DNA from: an uncultured Eubacteriales bacterium
GTDB taxonomy: Bacteria > Acidobacteriota > Aminicenantia > Aminicenantales > Aminicenantaceae
Assembly: GCA_964584935.1 (NCBI GenBank)
Contig: CAZPBN010000008.1
Span: 38,962 to 102,961, forward strand
Direction of reading: 5' to 3'
Length of the DNA: 64,000 nt
Position 1 is the first letter of the stretch. Each line of letters opens with the position of its first letter. The position numbers were made by a program, and so were the translations under genes. Shown here piece by piece: positions 29,620-39,704 of the stretch. The notes under the pieces were generated by a model. It was not told where the DNA came from, searched no databases, and saw nothing but the letters and a program-made list of their open reading frames with translations.

Positions 29620-30732
29620 TCACTCTTTTAAATTCCAAGGAGAATTCTTTTGCATCTGATTTATAAGAAGATCGGGGATAGGAAAATTTATTTCTTTCCT
29701 GTGAGAAAGCTCCATTTTTTCTGTCACTATCCGCATAGCTTCTTTAAGTGACAGTCTGTTCATCATAGCAAAAGGCCCCTCTTTCCACTTGAACGTCTTC
29801 GTACACAAGCGATCCATGTCTTCCATTTCAATCAACCCGGCATTGACAACCTCGGTTGAAGTCATAAACAGAACTCCCAGAAATCGTCTTTCCAGCATAT
29901 CTAATAACATTAAATCTTTGACTTCTTTTCTTGCATCACTCTCCGGCATAAGTTTAATATATGATTTACCATCCTCTTTCTCATACCTCTCAAAAAGTTC
30001 CTCAATCGTTTTTGATGGAGTGAAGAAATTGTCATAAGACTTATACAAATCATCTTCCCCATCTGTGGAATCCGAAAAAGAGGAAAGAAAAGAAACAATT
30101 TTCGGAATTCCTATTTCATCGATCAGACTTAAAAATCCATTTGACAGCTTAAAAACTTGACGGGATGCTTTTTCAATAGTGGACAAATCGGCTCCATCAT
30201 CAATCATTCTTGTCGCTTCCAGAAGAAGGGAGATAAAAATAATTCCTGCAGCACCGCCTTTCCGGCATTTCAGAAGCCTCACCGATTCTATCCTTCCTAA
30301 AGTCAAATAATCGGAAACAGTTTTAAGATTTTCTTCTTTTGTCTCATGGATATTCGAATATTCACATGTGTTCATCTGTAACTCAGGAAATAAAAAATTA
30401 ATCCATACAATCCTATCCTTTCCTTTGACTTCCTCAACCAGTTTATAGGGATTTATCAAAGCAGAGTTCGTCGCTATTATTACACCAGGAGGGCATAACT
30501 GATCGATTCTTTTCAGAAGTTTTTCCTTTTCATATAGTTGCTCAACGTTATCCTCAATAACCAATTTTAAATGTTCATCTGCACATTTGGAATCCAGTTC
30601 CTTTTCGTCCTTATTCAGGTTAAAAAATTCAGATTTGATTTTCTTCGATTGAAAGGCTTTGGCAATAGGACTTGCCTCATCTGACCTGCCTATTATCAAT
30701 ATATCCGCTTTGCCAAAATTATGATTTGTCAT
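29620..30732 (-). CDS. 3-hydroxyacyl-CoA dehydrogenase-like protein with degenerate active-site motifs
   Basis: LVIED..E....K..LL..ID..CPP..IIATNS plus two 3HCDH C-terminal-like domains. GxGxxG and the catalytic His are missing. Confidence 0.7.
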   Translation of the reverse strand: MTNHNFGKADILIIGRSDEASPIAKAFQSKKIKSEFFNLNKDEKELDSKCADEHLKLVIEDNVEQLYEKEKLLKRIDQLCPPGVIIATNSALINPYKLVEEVKGKDRIVWINFLFPELQMNTCEYSNIHETKEENLKTVSDYLTLGRIESVRLLKCRKGGAAGIIFISLLLEATRMIDDGADLSTIEKASRQVFKLSNGFLSLIDEIGIPKIVSFLSSFSDSTDGEDDLYKSYDNFFTPSKTIEELFERYEKEDGKSYIKLMPESDARKEVKDLMLLDMLERRFLGVLFMTSTEVVNAGLIEMEDMDRLCTKTFKWKEGPFAMMNRLSLKEAMRIVTEKMELSHRKEINFPIPDLLINQMQKNSPWNLKE

Positions 30733-31008
30733 AATGTATTCCTTTTGAAATCAAGATCAATGATTCGACGGTTGAATCAATATTATATCAGAATCAATCA
30801 TCGAATCATTATTGTAGGACTCCTTACATTCCCTTTCTCTTCTTCAGATTCCTATGAATATTTAGCCTTTTCATAGAAATGGCTCTATAAAATAATTAGT
30901 GAAACAGGGACATGTAACAAGCACATGTCTGATTTCCAATTTCTGATTTCTGATTTTTCTCACTCACTTCTTACATCTTACAATATTAGCCCCAATGAGG
31001 CATTTATC

Positions 31009-31035
31009 AACGCTATAAACGCAACAAACACAAGT
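31009..31035 (+). repeat. 9-bp tandem repeat (AACGCAAYA-like)
   Basis: AACGCTATA AACGCAACA AACACAAGT; same family as 35390-35436. Confidence 0.55.
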
Positions 31036-31047
31036 ACGTCTAACGAT

Positions 31048-31935
31048 TCATATCAGTATATTCTCTTTCCATCCCAGTTTAATAAGCTCTATTTTATCCG
31101 GACTGCTTTCTCCAATATGATGTTTTGTATCCGCAATATAAATATGCTTGGCAGGAGGCTTTAGCGGGCTTTCATTTTTAAAATGTTCCCGTCGTTTGGC
31201 TTCAATGATCCGAACACCGGTTGCATCTACAGCCACTGGATCCGTGCTCACCAAAATCCCCTTATATTCCCAGACATATTTGTCACTGTAATGATGAGGC
31301 CCGATACCATGGAAAAGAGGATTCAGCATCACCAAAATATTGAGTTTTGTTTTTTCCAAAAGATTGTTCTCTTTCCAAATTTTCGCTAAATCGGCACAGG
31401 AATCATTATGCCAAGCATACGGTTTGGATTCAAACATGATATAGTTCTTTATACAACTGCCGACTCCTGACCAGTGATGGGTTCGCATAGGTCGGGCATT
31501 GATGAGAGCTGTGGCATTTTTAAAAATAGAGCTTCTTCTGACTCCCCTATCACTGATGTCAATATTTTTTTCCTTAACTCCCGCATCCAGGACTCTTTGT
31601 TTTATCGCCTGCTCAACTTCAGTGGTGGTGGGTATATATCTCCAAACATTCGTCTTTATGCCCACAATATCATTCGGCTTGATAAACTGTTTCCAGGCTT
31701 TCACAGGATCGTTTTCTTCCAATAACACAGAGACACTTTCATCCAGCATACTCTGAATCACTTTAGGATTCGGGTTTTTGAACGATAGGGTGGCATGTTT
31801 GTCTCTAATAAGCACGACTCTGGACTTTCCATTGTCTCCATGAGGGATTTTCAACCGGCTGGCAAGAGCTCCGGCCACCGGAGTTATAGCAGCCGCTTTT
31901 AGAAAATCCCGTCTTGTTATACTTTTATTTTTCAT
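31048..31935 (-). CDS. Tat-exported DUF362 family protein
   Basis: Twin-arginine signal ITRRDFLK; DIVGIKTN, RTHHWSG.GSCIKN and STDPVAVD motifs. Confidence 0.85.
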   Translation of the reverse strand: MKNKSITRRDFLKAAAITPVAGALASRLKIPHGDNGKSRVVLIRDKHATLSFKNPNPKVIQSMLDESVSVLLEENDPVKAWKQFIKPNDIVGIKTNVWRYIPTTTEVEQAIKQRVLDAGVKEKNIDISDRGVRRSSIFKNATALINARPMRTHHWSGVGSCIKNYIMFESKPYAWHNDSCADLAKIWKENNLLEKTKLNILVMLNPLFHGIGPHHYSDKYVWEYKGILVSTDPVAVDATGVRIIEAKRREHFKNESPLKPPAKHIYIADTKHHIGESSPDKIELIKLGWKENILI

Positions 31936-32011
31936 CCACTCCTCCTTCATACATCTCTTAATCTGATATCCTTCAATTTCTATGAAAAACCCAACGGGAA
32001 TAATTCAAATC

Positions 32012-32932
32012 TCATTCATTACTTTCTACTCTCTCTTTGATAACCGCTAACAACTCTTTTGCAGATACCGGGGACGGGGAATCAAAAACAATCACAATAA
32101 ATTCTTTAATTTTCTTTATGAACGTCCATTTTGAATTTTCTGTCTGGACTATACCTAGTTCCACAGCATCCGGCATATATACGCTTATGAAATTTTCATA
32201 GGCTTTATCCATTTTTTCCAGTTTAGAATACTTCACTATCAAAATGGTTAATGGCTCATCATCATCTCCTTTGCATCGGGCAAGAGCTGCGTTTGTTTTT
32301 TGATCAAGAAAAAGAATATTCTCTTCGGAAACATAATAGTGATAATTGAGTATCAAATGGTTATGAAAATAGCGGATTCTGTCCTCATCAATTTTACCCT
32401 TGGGGAAAAAAGAAATCATTTCTGGTTTTTTCCCTTCTATTTTTATGGACAATGATATTTTCTCTCCCAATTGATACAATGTGTCTTTGGCTTGGATTGT
32501 TTCTTCCTCTGAATACAGGGATACATAAAAACGCCCTTTCCAGAAAGTCAAAAGTCCTCCTTTATAAACCGAATCTCTTCCTATCCCTGTCTTCTCCCCT
32601 TCAAGATCATGGGTGAAAACTCCAAAAGCATCCTCTGAGGAACCCATATCAAACAGGTCTGCTATGATATCAGGCTGGCCCTCTCTAGTGTAACGCCTGG
32701 CTAACAATTTTTTAAAATTATAGGAGCGGTACACTTCTCCGGCTCCGTTGATATAATCAAAAATCGTTTCAGAATTGAATATCTGATCCTTTTCTCTTGC
32801 CTTCCATTTATTCACTTCAACAGGAAGAATTTGAGCAAGATCCTGTTCATTCTCATCGTGACTATTTCCCATAGAATCCACTCCTCCTATTGATAAAAGC
32901 AAAATCAATCCCCAAATTATCTTTTTCATCAT
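32012..32932 (-). CDS. DUF6599-like exported protein
   Basis: Signal peptide; IFDYINGAGEVYRSYNF and DLFDMGSSEDAFGVFT motifs. Confidence 0.7.
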   Translation of the reverse strand: MMKKIIWGLILLLSIGGVDSMGNSHDENEQDLAQILPVEVNKWKAREKDQIFNSETIFDYINGAGEVYRSYNFKKLLARRYTREGQPDIIADLFDMGSSEDAFGVFTHDLEGEKTGIGRDSVYKGGLLTFWKGRFYVSLYSEEETIQAKDTLYQLGEKISLSIKIEGKKPEMISFFPKGKIDEDRIRYFHNHLILNYHYYVSEENILFLDQKTNAALARCKGDDDEPLTILIVKYSKLEKMDKAYENFISVYMPDAVELGIVQTENSKWTFIKKIKEFIVIVFDSPSPVSAKELLAVIKERVESNE

Positions 32933-32966
32933 ACTGTTTGATAATAACACTACTTAAAGGGATTTT

Positions 32967-35321
32967 TCAAATTTTACTGAAACAGGAATGGCATCTCCAT
33001 TTTTGTATCATGCTCACCGCTTCATCGGATCGCCTGAAACACGGAATCCCCTTTTTCTCAAAGGCTTTTACGAGAGGATTGTATATCTCTCCGGAATCAA
33101 TATTCACAACAAAAGGAGTTTCATTATTTTGAAATATCTCGGATAACAAATGGACAATTCCACCTTTTTTATTCAGGTCTTCTTTATGATACGAAGCAGG
33201 TGCGAGAGTCTGCATCGCCGGCGTCATGGGAACTGGAGAAACCACGGCGCAATCAACATTTTTATCTTTCAGGATAGCTTCCACGCATCGAGCAAATGTG
33301 AGATCATCCGCAACCGGAGTTACATCAAGCGGATTCCGCACATCCTGAAGCCGATCTATCCCCAGAGGGCTCAATATCTCAGCGATTTTTTTTATTGTGG
33401 AAGAAGAGAATTGAGCCAGTTCCAATCCCTTGCCTCCCTTCAGATTATCCGCCATGATGACACATTCAAAACCCGCGTTGCTGATCAATCCTATTTTATT
33501 TCCTTTGATTTGCTTTTCATCCAGAAATATAGAGAATTTTATGTAATTTTCAAACTCAAAAATATCATTCGCGACGATGACACCAGCTTCTTGAAGAATG
33601 GAGCGGCAAACATCATATTCTCCAGCGACAGAAGCTGTATGGCTTGAAGTGGCTGCTTTTCCTTCAAGACTTCTTCCTGATTTGTAGACAACAATCCGTT
33701 TCCCCTGTTTTTTTAATATTTCTTTGGCTGCTTTGGCAAACAAATAACCATCAGAGGAAAGAAAGCCTTCGATATAGACAGCAAAAACTCTTGCTTCTGA
33801 ATCTTCTTTGAAGTAATTCAAATAATCGGAAAGCGAAAGGTCTATTTGATTTCCTATGGAAATTCCGTATAAAGGAACAATCCCTGAAAGATTGCTCATC
33901 CTGGATATCATAAAGGCTCCGCTCTGGCTTATATAGACCATATTTGCCTTCTTTGTTTCATGCCGGGGAATTTCATAAAGCTTATAGGCAGGCACAAAAG
34001 TGGTATCAAATTTTCCTGGCCTGGAGTAAATACCAAGGCAGTTTCCTCCATTGACAACCGGAGTGATTTTATTTTCCTTTCTTCCCTTGTTTATCAGTTT
34101 TTTTATCCTGCTTTCCAGATGATGAGTTCCTTCTTTTTCCCCAATACCTCCGGCAATGATTATGACCGAACGGGCCTTTTCATAGGTAATGATATCTTTC
34201 ATAACTTCATAACTCTGTTCTGCTGCCAGAGTGAGAACAAACATATCCACCGTTTCCGGTAAATCCTTTACCGAAGAAACACACCGGCAACCTTCTATCT
34301 CATTGACACCTGGTTTGATCACCCAAACTTTTTCTTCCGAAAATCCCTCATTCAATATATTATTGAGAATGATATGCCCTAGATTCATCTTTTCTGAAAC
34401 ACCGATGATCGCAATGCTTTTGGGTTTCAACAGAAATTGGATATCCTTAAAAGGCCGGGAAACAACCTCTTGATGTTTTTTTGAAAAACGGCACATCCCG
34501 TCAAGAGGAACCAGGCTCTGGTTGCTTATCACAAACGGATTGACCTCTGCCTCTTCAATCACATAATCACTTTGTTCCAAATATACCGAATAATATAAAG
34601 CCAATTGGATAAAACGGGAATATGTATTGATCAACTCTTCTTTCTTGAGCAGGGGCTCTTTACCCCGGAATTTCTTAACCAATTTTTCATAAACAGCAAG
34701 GGGACTTAAAATACTTTCAATGGAGTCCTTTTTAAGCAAATGGGGAGAACCAATAGAGACCGCTTTTCCTTCTTTAATTCTCTCCTTCAGGAATTCGACT
34801 TCTATACCCCCAATTCCAAAAGATAGAACAGGTCCAAACTCTCGTGTGGTCCGGATCCCCAAAAGAAGCTCGGTTCCAAATCCTGTTTTCTTATAATCGA
34901 TGGATTCGCAGATTAAAATACCTTTTAAGCTCTGTTGGACTTCCTTCGAAGTTATCACTTTTTCCGGATGGTTTTTTTTAAACTTTTTTATCCAGTTTAC
35001 ATAATTAGGAGGAATTTCTTCAAGCATTCTCCGGTAGGTTTTGTTCACCTTGTCAACATTGTTTTCAACAAATCGAACTCCCCCTACATCTGTTTTATGG
35101 ATTATTTCAGGAGAAACAATCTTTAAAACAAGCTCATTTGTTTTCAATAAAGATAACTTCTCTGATTCGATCTCCTGTCCTTTTTCCAAAAAAATATAAT
35201 TGGGGGAACGGACACCAATTTCCTTGAGCATATCATAGACTTCGTTTTCTAATAAAAAATTTCGATCGGCGTTTTCTGCATTCTTAAATATTTTATTGAT
35301 TTTCTTAAAATTGATATCCAT
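32967..35321 (-). CDS. ADP-forming acyl-CoA synthetase (acetate-CoA ligase family), ATP-grasp domain first
   Basis: LKIVSPEIIHKTDVGGV, EVNP, PKSIAIIG, GGNCLG, SQSG, SHTAS phospho-His, NAG and NPLD motifs. Confidence 0.9.
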   Translation of the reverse strand: MDINFKKINKIFKNAENADRNFLLENEVYDMLKEIGVRSPNYIFLEKGQEIESEKLSLLKTNELVLKIVSPEIIHKTDVGGVRFVENNVDKVNKTYRRMLEEIPPNYVNWIKKFKKNHPEKVITSKEVQQSLKGILICESIDYKKTGFGTELLLGIRTTREFGPVLSFGIGGIEVEFLKERIKEGKAVSIGSPHLLKKDSIESILSPLAVYEKLVKKFRGKEPLLKKEELINTYSRFIQLALYYSVYLEQSDYVIEEAEVNPFVISNQSLVPLDGMCRFSKKHQEVVSRPFKDIQFLLKPKSIAIIGVSEKMNLGHIILNNILNEGFSEEKVWVIKPGVNEIEGCRCVSSVKDLPETVDMFVLTLAAEQSYEVMKDIITYEKARSVIIIAGGIGEKEGTHHLESRIKKLINKGRKENKITPVVNGGNCLGIYSRPGKFDTTFVPAYKLYEIPRHETKKANMVYISQSGAFMISRMSNLSGIVPLYGISIGNQIDLSLSDYLNYFKEDSEARVFAVYIEGFLSSDGYLFAKAAKEILKKQGKRIVVYKSGRSLEGKAATSSHTASVAGEYDVCRSILQEAGVIVANDIFEFENYIKFSIFLDEKQIKGNKIGLISNAGFECVIMADNLKGGKGLELAQFSSSTIKKIAEILSPLGIDRLQDVRNPLDVTPVADDLTFARCVEAILKDKNVDCAVVSPVPMTPAMQTLAPASYHKEDLNKKGGIVHLLSEIFQNNETPFVVNIDSGEIYNPLVKAFEKKGIPCFRRSDEAVSMIQKWRCHSCFSKI

Positions 35322-35389
35322 TCTTCACACTTCCACTCTATTCATCTTACTTATCACGTTTTGAAATTCGCAGCACAACGAATACAATT

Positions 35390-35436
35390 AACGCAATAAA
35401 CGCAAGCAACGGCTACAAACGCAATAAACGCTATCG
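35390..35436 (+). repeat. 9-bp tandem repeat (AACGCAATA-like, about 5 units)
   Basis: AACGCAATA AACGCAAGC AACGGCTAC A AACGCAATA AACGCTATC. Confidence 0.65.
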
Positions 35437-35481
35437 ATTCAAGTGCGTCCTGCGATTTATTAATTTCCAATTTCCATTTTC

Positions 35482-36066
35482 TTATATCTCATTATTTCCA
35501 GCAGCTTCTTTCCCCAAATGAAAAGCTTTTCTGTTCAACTCAACAAGCTTTTCCCCCCGGTCTTTGAATAACACTTCTATAAACTCGAGCAAGCTTTCTT
35601 CTTTAATCGGCAAATCACTGGATGCTGCTCCCAATACCACCATGTTCTGGGCTTTTGTTGTGCCTGCCTCTTTAGCCAGTTTAACAGAATCAACATCAAT
35701 TACTTTTTTTGATTTCCTGATTTGAGACATAACCTCATTCACATCCGGATAATCAGGTATGTTTTCATAAGGATTCCGGCTGGTGACAATAATGCCTTCC
35801 ATGGAGAGATAATCAAAATAGCGAAGCACCTCCAAAGGCTCAACACTTATGATCATATCAGCAGAACCTTTGGGAATAAGATCGCTATAGATTTTTTCCT
35901 TGGAAATGCGAAGATGAGATTGCACAGCTCCCCCTCGTTGAGCCATACCATGAACTTCTGCCTGCTTAAAATAAAAGCCGTCTTTCAGTGCGGCATTGTC
36001 AATAACAAATGCTATGGAAAGAATCCCCTGTCCCCCCACACCGGCTAAGATAATATCTTGTTTCAT
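35482..36066 (-). CDS. iorB: indolepyruvate:ferredoxin oxidoreductase beta subunit
   Basis: GVGGQG, EVHGMAQRGGAVQSH and NMVVLGA motifs; AGGAG RBS within the end of iorA. Confidence 0.93.
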   Translation of the reverse strand: MKQDIILAGVGGQGILSIAFVIDNAALKDGFYFKQAEVHGMAQRGGAVQSHLRISKEKIYSDLIPKGSADMIISVEPLEVLRYFDYLSMEGIIVTSRNPYENIPDYPDVNEVMSQIRKSKKVIDVDSVKLAKEAGTTKAQNMVVLGAASSDLPIKEESLLEFIEVLFKDRGEKLVELNRKAFHLGKEAAGNNEI

Positions 36067-36068
36067 CC

Positions 36069-37667
36069 TTATTGACTCCTTCTTTTTTTCTTGAGTTCCT
36101 GAATACACTTCCGGGCAGCAATAATGACAGAAAGTCCTTCATACTCGATTTCTTCCTTCATAACCTGAATGTTCTTTTCCAAATTTTTCGGAAGCGGCAC
36201 AATGACTCGCACGTGTTCATCTTCCACTCCCAATCCTTTGACAATTCTTACCAAGTTTCCCCCTGTGGAAAATGAAGGCTGTAATCCTGTCATGGCAACG
36301 CAGGCATTATCCACAATAACAAGAACCATATTCGTACTTGCACTCGCCGCATCTAAAAGAGGAGTCATGCCTGAGTGAGCAAAAGTAGAATCCCCAATAA
36401 CTCCCATAGAAGGATATATTCCTGCTTCGGCGCCTCCTTTTGCCATACTCACACTTGCTCCCATACAAACACAGGTGTCAACGGCTTTATAAGGAGGAAG
36501 CGCTCCCAGAGTATAACAGCCGATATCACTGAAAACAGTAGCATTGGGATAATTTTCCAGAGCTTTATTCAAAGCATCAAACGTATCCGCATGAGGACAT
36601 CCTTTGCATAATTGAGGAGGACGACCGGGGAGCTTGAAATCCCCAGGCTCCATATGCGGTTTTGGTTTCATTTCAAGTGCATGACGGACTGAGTCTGAAG
36701 ACAATTCTCCGGTTACGGGAAGAGTTCCATTCAATTTGCCCCTTATATTTTTACCATTCAATCCAAGAATCCCATTAAGATGGCTCTCAATATACGGATA
36801 TCCTTCTTCCACTACCAGAATGGAATCCACATGATCCACCAGCTCTTTGATAAGATCATCAGGAAGAGGATATGTGGATATCTTTAAAAAAGAAGGAGGA
36901 GTTTCCAATTCAAGAAAGTTTTCCATCACATAGTTATAAGCAATTCCAGAAGCAATCACTCCCAGGGATTTATTTGATTGGTTTATATCCAAAGAGTTGA
37001 ATTTCGAATCATTCGAAACCTTTTTTAATTTTGTCTGAACATCGTTAAGTATTTTAAACCTCCTTCGGGCATTCACAGGAAGGAGAGTCCAATCCCTTCC
37101 CTCTCCATATTTGATTGTGTTTTCATTTTTTAAAGAGGCAGTTTTGACAAGGGACCGGCTATGGGAAAGTCTAGTAACCATCCGAATCATAACCGGAACA
37201 CCTATTTCCTCAGATATATCAAATGCCAATCGGGTCATGTCATAGGCTTCCTGATGGTTTGCCGGTTCAAAGCAGAAAATTTTTGCAAACTGGGCGTAAT
37301 AACGGCTGTCCTGTTCGTTTTGAGAGCTATGCATACCTGGATCATCAGCGACAGCTAAAACGAGGCCTCCGTTTGTTCCGGTTATTGCTGAATTCATAAA
37401 AGGATCAGCTGCCACATTCAATCCAACGTGCTTCATAGAAACCATGGCTCTCTTCCCGGCAAAAGATACTCCTAAAGCTTCCTCATACGCTACTTTTTCA
37501 TTGACACACCATAAAGCTTTCAAACTCTTCCCGCTCTTTGATATTTTTAGAAGATATTCCATGATTTCAGATGCAGGTGTTCCTGGATAAGAATAACCCA
37601 CTGAAAGACCGGCATGAAAACCTCCCAGGGCAAGAGCTTCATCTCCCAATAAAATTACTTTTTTCAT
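36069..37667 (-). CDS. iorA: indolepyruvate:ferredoxin oxidoreductase alpha subunit (no C-terminal ferredoxin domain)
   Basis: YPGTPASEI, NEKVA, MKHVGLNVAADP, DDPGMHSSQNEQD, RPPQLCKGCPH, DIGCY and the GDST TPP motif. Confidence 0.95.
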   Translation of the reverse strand: MKKVILLGDEALALGGFHAGLSVGYSYPGTPASEIMEYLLKISKSGKSLKALWCVNEKVAYEEALGVSFAGKRAMVSMKHVGLNVAADPFMNSAITGTNGGLVLAVADDPGMHSSQNEQDSRYYAQFAKIFCFEPANHQEAYDMTRLAFDISEEIGVPVMIRMVTRLSHSRSLVKTASLKNENTIKYGEGRDWTLLPVNARRRFKILNDVQTKLKKVSNDSKFNSLDINQSNKSLGVIASGIAYNYVMENFLELETPPSFLKISTYPLPDDLIKELVDHVDSILVVEEGYPYIESHLNGILGLNGKNIRGKLNGTLPVTGELSSDSVRHALEMKPKPHMEPGDFKLPGRPPQLCKGCPHADTFDALNKALENYPNATVFSDIGCYTLGALPPYKAVDTCVCMGASVSMAKGGAEAGIYPSMGVIGDSTFAHSGMTPLLDAASASTNMVLVIVDNACVAMTGLQPSFSTGGNLVRIVKGLGVEDEHVRVIVPLPKNLEKNIQVMKEEIEYEGLSVIIAARKCIQELKKKRRSQ

Positions 37668-37894
37668 ATGAAATTCCTTCAAATGTTGTATTTATAATGA
37701 ATCGATAGAACCAAATAATAGAAATAAGAATACCTTCTATAAATTCAAGTGTCAAGATAAAGAAGTTCAATGAAGTTTCTCCAATTTTAATGGACTTTTT
37801 ATATTACAGAAAATTTATATGTTTTATAATTTCCATTTATTTATGGTACAATAAATATAATTATAAAGAATGTTTTCTTATTGAGGAGTATTAA

Positions 37895-38335
37895 ATGATA
37901 AAACTTTCCACAAAAGGAAGATATGGAACACGATTGATGCTCAACCTTGCCCAGAATTATAACAATGGAAACAAGGCTACCATTCTAAAGAATATATCTG
38001 AAAAAGAGAATATATCCATTCGCTACCTCGAACAAATCATCATTCCATTAAAAATACAAAAACTGGTCAAAAGTATAAGAGGAGCAGGCGGAGGATATAT
38101 CCTGGCACGAGATCCTGTTGATATTAAAATCAGTGATATTCTTCACGCTCTTGAAGGTTCTTGCTGTTTGGTTGAATGCGTGGAAGAGGATGACTATTGT
38201 AACAGAATTTACACCTGTGCTACCCATGAAATATGGAAAGAAGCAAGCAAAATGCTGAAGGATTACTTTGAACGAATAACTCTGGAAAATCTTCTTAATA
38301 TATCGAAAAATAAAAACTCTTCATCTGGAAAATGA
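37895..38335 (+). CDS. Rrf2 family regulator, IscR-like with 3 Cys + His
   Basis: LSTKGRYG, YLEQI, SIRGAGGGY and C-x7-C-x5-C-x2-H. Confidence 0.9.
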   Translation: MIKLSTKGRYGTRLMLNLAQNYNNGNKATILKNISEKENISIRYLEQIIIPLKIQKLVKSIRGAGGGYILARDPVDIKISDILHALEGSCCLVECVEEDDYCNRIYTCATHEIWKEASKMLKDYFERITLENLLNISKNKNSSSGK

Positions 38336-38448
38336 ATATTCTAAGGATAAAAACATTACACTTCTTCATTTTATACTAGAAATTTCATTTTAGTCCGATT
38401 AACCATTAGATATAAAACCAGTCATCTTATATTCCAAATCTCAAAAAG

Positions 38449-39558
38449 ATGAAAAAGAAAAAAGTCGCCGTTGCCATGAGCGGGGGGATTGATTCCTCTT
38501 TTGCCGCTTATATTCTCAAAAAACAGGGTTTTGATGTTATGGGCTTAACCATGAACATTGTTAATCCATCTGGCAGTAACAAACACACCCGCAATCAAAA
38601 GAAGGAAAACGGTTTTTATAAAGATCCGGCCGAGGATGCCCATCAGGTTGCCAAGTTTCTTGATATCGATCATCACTCAGTTGATTTAAGGGAAATTTTC
38701 GAAAAAAAAATAGTGGCAAACTTCTGCAGAGAATATTCCAAAGGGTATACCCCGAATCCTTGTGTTCGCTGCAACCAACTCATAAAATTTGGTGTTCTTT
38801 TAAATAAATTAAAAGACTATAATGCGGATTATCTGGCAACCGGTCATCACAGTCTTATTGAATTCGATAAAAAAACAAACCGATACATTTTAAAAAAAGG
38901 GAAAGATAGAGAAAAAGACCAGTCATATTTTCTTTATACACTGACTCAAGAACAACTGTCCCGAATACTCATGCCTGTAGGAAATTTCAGGAAAAAAGAA
39001 ATAATAAAAATATCCCGTGAAATCGGACTTCCTGCATTCAAAAGTAAAGAAAGTCAGGAAATTTGTTTTATCCCTGATGATAATTATATAAAATTTCTCA
39101 AAGAAAGAGTCCCTGGTTCTTTTTCATCCGGAAAGATTGTTGACCTTGCACATAATGTGCTTGGTTATCATAAAGGGATCGCCCATTTCACCATTGGACA
39201 GAGAAAAGGGATGGGAATTTCGCATCCTCAACCTCTGTATGTTCTTCATATTTCAGCAAAAAACAACACAGTGACAGTGGGGCCGGATCAATGTTTGCAC
39301 AAAAAAGATTTATTAGCCTCTAATGTAAACTTCATATCTCAAGAAAAAATCGAAGCTCCTCAATTTGTCAAAGCAAAAATCCGGTACAATCAGAAGGAAT
39401 CAAAAGCATGGATATCACCTGCTGGAAAAGGTAAAATCAAAGTTAAATTTTCAACTCCCCAAAGAGCCATATCTCCCGGACAATCTGTGGTTTTTTATTG
39501 GAAAGACACTGTTGTCGGCGGAGGGATTATTGAAAAGGAAACAGAACTCTCCCTTTGA
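38449..39558 (+). CDS. mnmA: tRNA 2-thiouridylase MnmA
   Basis: SGGIDS PP-loop, TPNPCVRCN, ATGH, KDQSYFL, SQEICF, TIGQRKG and PGQ motifs. Confidence 0.96.
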   Translation: MKKKKVAVAMSGGIDSSFAAYILKKQGFDVMGLTMNIVNPSGSNKHTRNQKKENGFYKDPAEDAHQVAKFLDIDHHSVDLREIFEKKIVANFCREYSKGYTPNPCVRCNQLIKFGVLLNKLKDYNADYLATGHHSLIEFDKKTNRYILKKGKDREKDQSYFLYTLTQEQLSRILMPVGNFRKKEIIKISREIGLPAFKSKESQEICFIPDDNYIKFLKERVPGSFSSGKIVDLAHNVLGYHKGIAHFTIGQRKGMGISHPQPLYVLHISAKNNTVTVGPDQCLHKKDLLASNVNFISQEKIEAPQFVKAKIRYNQKESKAWISPAGKGKIKVKFSTPQRAISPGQSVVFYWKDTVVGGGIIEKETELSL

Positions 39559-39565
39559 TTTGTGA

Positions 39566-39594
39566 TTGACATAGATAAGCCTTGATGCTATAAA
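39566..39594 (+). promoter_or_regulatory. sigma70-type promoter
   Basis: TTGACA-17 bp-TATAAA with an extended -10 TG, upstream of the cysteine synthase gene. Confidence 0.6.
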
Positions 39595-39704
39595 CTGTCT
39601 TTTTGAACCGAAATTGCTTTCAATTCGAAGAAAAAAGGTACAAAACATTAATCTGATGGCTTCTTATTCACTAGAAAAATCAGTTCGCTTTTTAGGAATG
39701 CACA

